Source: Nitrosopumilus sp. (GTDB taxonomy: Archaea > Thermoproteota > Nitrososphaeria > Nitrososphaerales > Nitrosopumilaceae). Taken from it: a stretch of 64,000 nucleotides of DNA. The notes beneath the pieces were generated by a model. It searched no databases. It saw only the letters and a list, made by a program, of their open reading frames with translations, and was not told where the DNA came from. Shown piece after piece: positions 57,708 to 64,000 of this stretch (the first letter of the stretch is position 1; the number at the start of each line of letters is the position of its first letter). The stretch spans positions 992,001 to 1,056,000 of the forward strand of contig OY763927.2 of the NCBI GenBank assembly GCA_963667665.2, given 5' to 3'. The position numbers and the translations under genes were made by a program.

Positions 57708-58685
57708 TTGACTTTTCATGACTTGTCAAAAATTCTCATAATCACAACAGGTGAAACTGAAATGGATAGTCTTTTCGTAGAAGAATTACATTCCTCACCT
57801 GGTTTTCAAAATTGGGTTGCTGAAAAAATGTCATTGAAAAATTCTTACAAATTTAATAACGCTTGGAAATCTATTAACCAAATAACTGGAACACAATGTG
57901 ATATCGCTGTACGATTTGTCCATAACAAACACAGTGTGATTTTACTAATTGAAGATAAAATTAAAGCCAATGAACAACCTAATCAAGCTAAAAGATATCG
58001 TAAAAGTGGGGAATCTCTTGTTAAAGAGAAACACTGTGATGAATATTATACATGTCTTCTTTGCCCAAATCGTTATGATGAAGATGGTTCAATTAAGAAA
58101 AAATACGACAAGAGCATATCCTATGAAGAACTTTTAGAGTGGTTCAAAAAACAATCCACTTCTAAAAGATTACAACACAAACAAATGATTATAGAAAATG
58201 GAATTGAACTTTCCCGAAAAACATTTAAAAAAATACCTGATGAAAATACGACAAAATTTCATAATTACTATAGAAAAATTGCATTTGATATAGACGACGA
58301 ATTGAAACTTCCCAAGGGCATACCTCAAAAACAAAACACATGGATTCGTATTGGACATTTTGATTTTCCTAGTAACATCGAAATTAAACACAAAGGAAGA
58401 CATGGATTTGTAGATTTACAAATATCTAAAATGACAAAGTTAGAAAAAGAGAAATTTTCCAAATGGTTTGCTGGTAAGAAGGAAGATAAAATGACTCTGG
58501 AAAAGACTAACAAGTCGATATCTGTACGACTCGGTACCGTGAAAATATCTAAAGAGGATATTGCAGATGCTGTAGAACCTAAAAAATATAGAAAAGAAAT
58601 TGAAGAAGCCCTAGAAAAAGCAAAGATACTGAAGGATTGGTACTTCACGTGGTCTGATGATCCTATATTTGCACAGAAATTCTAA
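57708..58685 (+). CDS. PD-(D/E)XK nuclease family protein
   Basis: ETEMDSL, CDIAV...LIEDKI.A.EQPNQ..RY and ISYEEL motifs. Confidence 0.8.
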   Translation: MTFHDLSKILIITTGETEMDSLFVEELHSSPGFQNWVAEKMSLKNSYKFNNAWKSINQITGTQCDIAVRFVHNKHSVILLIEDKIKANEQPNQAKRYRKSGESLVKEKHCDEYYTCLLCPNRYDEDGSIKKKYDKSISYEELLEWFKKQSTSKRLQHKQMIIENGIELSRKTFKKIPDENTTKFHNYYRKIAFDIDDELKLPKGIPQKQNTWIRIGHFDFPSNIEIKHKGRHGFVDLQISKMTKLEKEKFSKWFAGKKEDKMTLEKTNKSISVRLGTVKISKEDIADAVEPKKYRKEIEEALEKAKILKDWYFTWSDDPIFAQKF

Positions 58686-58772
58686 ACTCTTTTTCAGGAG
58701 GATTTTACAATATCATCAATCTAGTGATTTTTAGGCTCAAATTTGTAAATATTATAGATCCCTATACAGGAT

Positions 58773-59465
58773 ATGGCCATTATCTATGGAATGGCAGACA
58801 GTGAGAGAAGGCTTCTAAACAAGCTCCCAAACGAAGTTAGAAATCTTGATGATATTGACAGAGTCAAAAAGGAATTCGAAGATAAGGTATCTAATGAAGG
58901 TGATGGAATTATTTCAGGAATCAAAAAATGGAACTACGTAAGACAAATCAACAAATTTGGAAAAGAAGAGGTTCGATTATTTCGTAAAGGAACTAGTGGA
59001 GAAAATCAAGTAATTGATGAACTATCAAAGCTAGAGGATAGTTATCATATTTTGTGTGGGGTAGATTTAGAATTAGATCATTGGTTTACCTATAACGGAG
59101 AAAGGAATCTAAAATCAGCTTCGATGGATTTGGTTGTAGTTTGTCACAAAGGCGTATACATGATTGAAGTGAAAAACTGGAGTAATCATTTTGCAAAGAA
59201 TAATGATAGCTTTAGTCCATACGAGCAAACTGAAAGAGCTGGTAGAGTTTTATGGATTTCACTTCAAGGAATATTCAGAAAGGTACGTGTAACAAATGTT
59301 CTATTATCTATAAAGGGGAATTTAGAATACAACAAGAACTATCGTTCAGTCTTTGTTTCAAGCTTGGATAGAATCAATTTTTTTCTGATGAGGAGAGAAG
59401 ACACTCTGACTGAAAAACAAATCAAAAACATTGTAAAAGATTTGAAAGGACACGTGACTAACTGA
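58773..59465 (+). CDS. NERD (nuclease-related domain) protein
   Basis: GTSGENQV...MDLVVVCHKGVYMIEVKNW...SPYEQ. Confidence 0.87.
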   Translation: MAIIYGMADSERRLLNKLPNEVRNLDDIDRVKKEFEDKVSNEGDGIISGIKKWNYVRQINKFGKEEVRLFRKGTSGENQVIDELSKLEDSYHILCGVDLELDHWFTYNGERNLKSASMDLVVVCHKGVYMIEVKNWSNHFAKNNDSFSPYEQTERAGRVLWISLQGIFRKVRVTNVLLSIKGNLEYNKNYRSVFVSSLDRINFFLMRREDTLTEKQIKNIVKDLKGHVTN

Positions 59466-59722
59466 TGTTTGGTTTATTCAAGAAAAAAGAAAAGGCCAAA
59501 ACATACACATACGAAGAAAAGAGGAAAGAAAGCCGCTTAGCATACGAGAAATGGAGAGAATCCGAAGACAACATTTTGAAGAGTTATTGGAATGACAAGT
59601 CAAATAGAAAAAGCAGGAGTGAAAAGGTGCAAGAATTATCTCAAAAATTAGAAAGAGGTAGAGGTGCAATTAGGTCAAGCCTCGAAAAATTTTCTGAAAA
59701 AATGGAAATTGTTCCTTTATGA
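59465..59722 (+). CDS. Small Myb/SANT-like HTH protein
   Basis: AYEKWRESEDNIL...ELSQKLERGRGAIRS; TGATG overlap with the NERD gene. Confidence 0.65.
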   Translation: MFGLFKKKEKAKTYTYEEKRKESRLAYEKWRESEDNILKSYWNDKSNRKSRSEKVQELSQKLERGRGAIRSSLEKFSEKMEIVPL

Positions 59723-59826
59723 AATCACTCACAAAGGTAATACCCAAAATTATAGTTTTTAAAAATAATAAAAAGATAGACTGATTTAAGAAAACAAAAG
59801 AAATCTTAAATTAAAAAATTCTATGC

Positions 59827-60018
59827 CTATTCTGATTTTTTGACTTTTTGTGCTGCAGGTCCTTTTTGACCTTCGCCTACTTCAAACTCGACTTTATCGC
59901 CTTCGTTGATGAATCCGTCAACGTCTGATTTATGTACAAACAGATCGTCTCCACCTTCTCTTTCGATAAAACCAAAGCCCTTAGTACGGTTAAACCACTT
60001 TACGGTGCCTTGTTCCAT
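59827..60018 (-). CDS. csp: Cold-shock protein
   Basis: GTVKWFN..KGFGFI and DLFVH (RNP1/RNP2). Confidence 0.96.
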   Translation of the reverse strand: MEQGTVKWFNRTKGFGFIEREGGDDLFVHKSDVDGFINEGDKVEFEVGEGQKGPAAQKVKKSE

Positions 60019-60089
60019 TTGATTTTCAGATAATTAATCGCTATATTAAGTAAGTCATCAAAAGAAGATCAAGCACAAATCAATGATGG

Positions 60090-60401
60090 CTAAAAATCTT
60101 TAGGAATATGATTTTGTTCCTTTAACCATGTCACTTGAGGTAATGTGAATCTCCAAATTATATCACCACGTTCTTTTTCTTTAAAATCCCAAGGTGCAAT
60201 AATCACAATATCATTATCTCGAATCCAAACTCTTCTCTTTAGTTTTCCTCTAATTCTACCACGTCTGGTAACATTATCAGCACATTTTATCATGACATTT
60301 TCACCTCCAAGCATTTTCAATACCCGTCCAAAAAGTTCACCTTCTTCAGGAAGACGAATTTCTTTAAGAGCACTTTCATTTTTTACTTGGCGCTTACCCA
60401 T
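60090..60401 (-). CDS. eif1a: Translation initiation factor aIF1A
   Basis: MLGG, RGRIRGKLKRRVWI, PWDF and GDIIWR motifs; start MGKRQV. Confidence 0.95.
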   Translation of the reverse strand: MGKRQVKNESALKEIRLPEEGELFGRVLKMLGGENVMIKCADNVTRRGRIRGKLKRRVWIRDNDIVIIAPWDFKEKERGDIIWRFTLPQVTWLKEQNHIPKDF

Positions 60402-60510
60402 GAGTATAATTAACATTGTGAGCATATAACTGATAGTGTTTTTGATAGTGAGAAATTCATGCACAGCACAATACACAAGAAATTTTATCTATTATTATGA
60501 GAAATAATCT

Positions 60511-61074
60511 ATGGAATTTAGGTGTATAGAAGATTGTTCTCAATGTTGTATTGAAAGGGAGTATTATCCAAGTAAAAAATTTGGAAAAATAGGAGTGTTA
60601 ATTCTTCCTGAAGAAAAAGAGAGAATAGAAAAATTAGCAAAATTAAATGGATTAGAGATCAAAATTCTTCCAAGAATTGGGATTTCTGATAAGAAAAATT
60701 CAACTCCAACTAAAATTTTAGCATATCAAATGATGGGAATTGAAAAAAATGGAAACACATGTCCATTCTTAGATACAGACAGTGGAAAAAAATCACCACA
60801 TGGTGGATTTCCATGTAGAATTTACAAAGAAAGACCACTTGCATGTATGACTTATCCATTAATTGAATTGGATCCAATCACACTTGATGAAAAATGCAAG
60901 TTTTGTAAAGAACATGGAACAGCAGACAAAAATCTAAATTCAGAAATAGAATCTCTTCTAAAGATTAAAGAAAAAATGGATACCAATGCTTCATTTATTT
61001 GGAGATTTGCAACTGGAATTGGAGAGTTAGAAGATCAGCAAATTTTGGAATCAGGTTGGATTTTAGAAGAATAG
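60511..61074 (+). CDS. YkgJ-family cysteine cluster protein
   Basis: CIEDCSQCC, CPFL and CRIYKERPLACMTYP motifs. Confidence 0.88.
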   Translation: MEFRCIEDCSQCCIEREYYPSKKFGKIGVLILPEEKERIEKLAKLNGLEIKILPRIGISDKKNSTPTKILAYQMMGIEKNGNTCPFLDTDSGKKSPHGGFPCRIYKERPLACMTYPLIELDPITLDEKCKFCKEHGTADKNLNSEIESLLKIKEKMDTNASFIWRFATGIGELEDQQILESGWILEE

Positions 61075-61144
61075 ACTAGTCACAAAAATTGTATGAGGCA
61101 TCATTCAACCAAAAATACAAAAAGCATTAGAACTTTTGTGTATT

Positions 61145-61645
61145 ATGAACGAAGATGCATGGTCAAATCTAGATAAAGTTGATCAAAAGATTATCGAGAT
61201 TCTCAACAACAATGCTAGAACCCCATCAAAAGAAATTGCATCAGAACTAACTAGATCAGGTCATGATGTTTCAGATAGAACAATCAGAAAGAGAATAGAA
61301 CGACTTGAGAAAAGTGGGATCATCAAAGGATACAAAGCAGTTCTAACAGATGTATCAGGAATTAACAAGTATCAAGCAATATTGATGAAACTGAAACCAT
61401 CAAAGTCACTGGAAGCAGTAAAAGATTCTATCAAAGAATTCATTACAAAATTAGATAATTATCTTCTAGTTGCAAATATGGAAGGAGAATGGAATATGTT
61501 AATAATGATTCAAGTGGATTCTGAAAAAACAAACACATCACAGAAAATTGTGGAAAAATTTTCAGAAGAATTAATTGATTATAGAATTAATGAAATAGAT
61601 ATCAAAGATGCAAATATACTAAACATGTCTCTACTTTTATTGTAG
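61145..61645 (+). CDS. Lrp/AsnC-family regulator
   Basis: LDKVDQKII..LNNNAR...TIRKRIERLEKSGIIKGY. Confidence 0.9.
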   Translation: MNEDAWSNLDKVDQKIIEILNNNARTPSKEIASELTRSGHDVSDRTIRKRIERLEKSGIIKGYKAVLTDVSGINKYQAILMKLKPSKSLEAVKDSIKEFITKLDNYLLVANMEGEWNMLIMIQVDSEKTNTSQKIVEKFSEELIDYRINEIDIKDANILNMSLLLL

Positions 61646-62392
61646 TAAAGAATATTCTGATTCTGCCACATCTATTGCTTTTTTGAGTTCATCAAGTGTA
61701 AAGGGTTTTTGAATAAATGCTGAAACACCAGTACTGATTGTTTTGTTAACACGTTTGGTTGTCTTATCATCGGCAGTAATTACTACAATCTGTAAATTTA
61801 TTTTATCCTGGAGTAGTTTTGTCGCAACAACATCACCTTCAAGATCAGGTAATCCCATATCTAAAAGAATCACAGGTTCTTTATTTTCAGAAAATAGTTT
61901 TTTGCATCCTTTGATACCATCTTTCCCATTCTCAAAAACATAAACTTCAGAATAACCTAATTTTTCGACATAATTTTCTAATTTCATTACAACTGCTTTA
62001 CTATCATCAATTATTACAATGGGTCTTGTAACTGGAATTGTTGATGAAACAATCATTTTTGCTTTTTGATATGCCTCTTTTGCTTTGTCAAATTCTCCTA
62101 AACTTAAGAAACATTTTGAAGCATAAAGTAATGCACCTTTCACATTATTGGAATTTTTTGAATTTGAATATTTTAAAAACAAATCTCCTGCTTCTTTGAT
62201 TTCATTTTTAGATTCTTTTCCATGTCTAGTTTTGCATTCAGCAGATAACATATACAATAAAGCAGAACGGACAGGATCTGATTTTTTTAAAGATTCAGCT
62301 TGATTTAGGAATAGGTTATGGGCAGTAATGAATTGTTTATTTTTCAGATGAGTAACTGCAATTTCACAATTAATTTTTGAAACCAATATCAA
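61637..62392 (-). CDS. Response regulator (TPR-like N-terminus, C-terminal receiver)
   Basis: IIDD, LLDMGLPD, VITA and IQKPF receiver motifs. Confidence 0.85.
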   Translation of the reverse strand: MILVSKINCEIAVTHLKNKQFITAHNLFLNQAESLKKSDPVRSALLYMLSAECKTRHGKESKNEIKEAGDLFLKYSNSKNSNNVKGALLYASKCFLSLGEFDKAKEAYQKAKMIVSSTIPVTRPIVIIDDSKAVVMKLENYVEKLGYSEVYVFENGKDGIKGCKKLFSENKEPVILLDMGLPDLEGDVVATKLLQDKINLQIVVITADDKTTKRVNKTISTGVSAFIQKPFTLDELKKAIDVAESEYSLLQ

Positions 62393-62437
62393 TATTCGAC
62401 GTTTTTATTTTATAAGATTTTGTTATGGTAAATCAAA

Positions 62438-63514
62438 CTATGGATTTATCACAGCACGGCCAATAATTTTTCTGGCTTTGAGATCATTTAAGGCAGTGTT
62501 TGCCTCATCAAGAGCATATCTTTTTGATATGACTGGTTTTATTACTCCTTTTTTTGCTAACTCTATCAATTCAACCATATCATTATAGTTACCAGTGTAA
62601 GCACCCTGAATAGTAATTGATTTGAGAGGAATTGTTACCAGAGATAATTCAAGAGATCCTCCAAAAAGTCCAACAAGTATCAAATTTCCTCGTTTTCGTA
62701 TTACCCCCAATGCAGTTTTCACAGTTTGAGGCGCATTAACAAAGTCAATAATACTATCAGGCCCTTTTCCATTACAAATAGAAATTATTTTGTCTATTGG
62801 AGTTCCTACTCCAGAAGATAAAGACCCAGTAACATTAGTATTTACAACAAAATCTGCACCCATTTTTTTGGCAGTATCAAATTTTTTGTCATCATTATCA
62901 ATGCAGACAATTTTAGCTTTAGTTATTGCCTTTGCAATTTGAATTGCCATCAATCCTAATCCACCAGCCCCAATTATCAACAAAAATTCTGGTGAATTTA
63001 CATTTGCTTTTTTGACAGCATTATATGCAGTAAGTCCAGAACAAGCAAGCGAAGTTGCAGAATCTAAATCAACACCATCAAGTTTTGCTAAATATTTGGA
63101 ATCAGGAACTAAAGCATAATCAGAATATCCACCATCTTGAAAAACACCCATTGATTTTGGTGTATCACACAAATTTTCATTTCCCACTTTACATGCAGGA
63201 CATTCCCCACAACCTATCCAAGGAAAAACTAAAACTTCGTCTCCTTTTGATATTCCAGAAACTGAATCACCAATTTCTTCAACAATACCAGCAATTTCAT
63301 GCCCAGGAGTTACAGGGTATTTTACACCTCTATCTGTAACCTTCATAAATTTTCCATCTCCAAGATCATATCCTCCTTCCCACAAGTGTAAATCACTATG
63401 ACAAACACCTACAGATTTTACTTTAACTAGAACTTGATTTCCTTGAGGTTTGGGAGTCTCAAATTCCAATACAACAAGAGGCTCATTAGGGCCTATGATT
63501 CTAGCAGATTTCAT
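62438..63514 (-). CDS. Zinc-dependent alcohol dehydrogenase
   Basis: GVCHSD, GHE, CGECPAC...C and GAGGLG motifs. Confidence 0.95.
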   Translation of the reverse strand: MKSARIIGPNEPLVVLEFETPKPQGNQVLVKVKSVGVCHSDLHLWEGGYDLGDGKFMKVTDRGVKYPVTPGHEIAGIVEEIGDSVSGISKGDEVLVFPWIGCGECPACKVGNENLCDTPKSMGVFQDGGYSDYALVPDSKYLAKLDGVDLDSATSLACSGLTAYNAVKKANVNSPEFLLIIGAGGLGLMAIQIAKAITKAKIVCIDNDDKKFDTAKKMGADFVVNTNVTGSLSSGVGTPIDKIISICNGKGPDSIIDFVNAPQTVKTALGVIRKRGNLILVGLFGGSLELSLVTIPLKSITIQGAYTGNYNDMVELIELAKKGVIKPVISKRYALDEANTALNDLKARKIIGRAVINP

Positions 63515-63608
63515 AGGCTAGTTTTTCGTCATAACAATATAAGAGTTGACTGGAAGTGAGAGAAAAATAGAGCCCTTAGATATTATTGAATATGATAAAA
63601 GTTATCAT

Positions 63609-64000
63609 ATGAGTGAGTCAGAAACTCCCAATAGTATATCTCAAGAACCAATAAACATCCTATTTAGCCCCTCATCTGTTTCCAAAAAAGATGTTTGGGA
63701 TATTGACCTAATTCAAATTTTAAATTTATTAATAAAAATTCTGGAAAAATCAGGTAAGAAGGATTTTAAAGTTGCAGGAATGGCAGCATTATCATCATCG
63801 TTAATCTATAGAATGAAAGTCGAAAGTATTTTTGCATTACAAAGAGCAGCCATGGAGAAAAAACCAATGAATCAAAGAACAGACATAGATATTGAATTAA
63901 TAGACATTCCATTTAGGCATGAATCCACATACCCAGTTACACTAGATGATTTATTGGGATTACTTCAAAATCTTATAGGTACAATTGCAAATCCTCAATC
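63609..64000 (+). CDS. scpA: Segregation/condensation protein A (3'-truncated by the window)
   Basis: Read by hand: ...DVWDIDLIQIL...DFKVAGMAALSSSLIYRMKVE...PVTLDDLL. Confidence 0.8.
   Translation, partial: MSESETPNSISQEPINILFSPSSVSKKDVWDIDLIQILNLLIKILEKSGKKDFKVAGMAALSSSLIYRMKVESIFALQRAAMEKKPMNQRTDIDIELIDIPFRHESTYPVTLDDLLGLLQNLIGTIANPQ

Larger units (their letters stand above)
47824..59760. mobile_element. tRNA-Tyr-anchored genomic/defence island (no integrase seen; right boundary approximate)
   Basis: R-M enzyme, helicase-nuclease, regulator, phage-like small ORFs and nucleases interrupt core genes between tRNA-Tyr and csp/eIF1A. Confidence 0.65.

Noticed and set aside
566-63339. Numerous antisense or alternate-frame ORFs in the track (e.g. 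566..796, 1651..2097, 11848..12366, 19853..20092, 25994..26497, 26822..27343, 58325..58648)
   Set aside because: They are nested within well-supported genes and lack motifs; they are codon-bias shadows.

Overview
AT-rich archaeal chromosome segment whose gene content and small-protein style point to a Nitrosopumilus-like thaumarchaeote (inferred from sequence, not from a search). The housekeeping backbone contains purM, elp3, class I lysS, UbiD and MqnC-like genes, a nine-gene aromatic amino acid cluster using the archaeal ADH route, thiC, thiDN, galT, apgM, rps24e/rps27ae, pus10, srp54, dph6, eIF5A, csp, eIF1A, adh and scpA. RNA genes are tRNA-Arg(GCG), an intron-containing tRNA-Tyr(GTA), and a box C/D sRNA whose guide fits tRNA-Met C34. 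Two accessory regions stand out. The first (about 7.7-16.6 kb, ending at tRNA-Arg) has ferritin, an NRAMP-like transporter, carbonic anhydrase, a truncated K+ channel, three interrupted genes, and a secreted protein with an apparent phage tail-tube (gp19/Hcp-like) domain; two of its genes appear to start at ATT. The second (about 47.8-59.8 kb, after tRNA-Tyr) is a defence-like island with no integrase. It holds a fused restriction-modification enzyme, a UvrD helicase with a Cas4-like nuclease, and a CARF-wHTH regulator facing a palindromic operator and a tightly coupled train of nine microproteins followed by three nucleases. All family calls are by-eye motif recognition.
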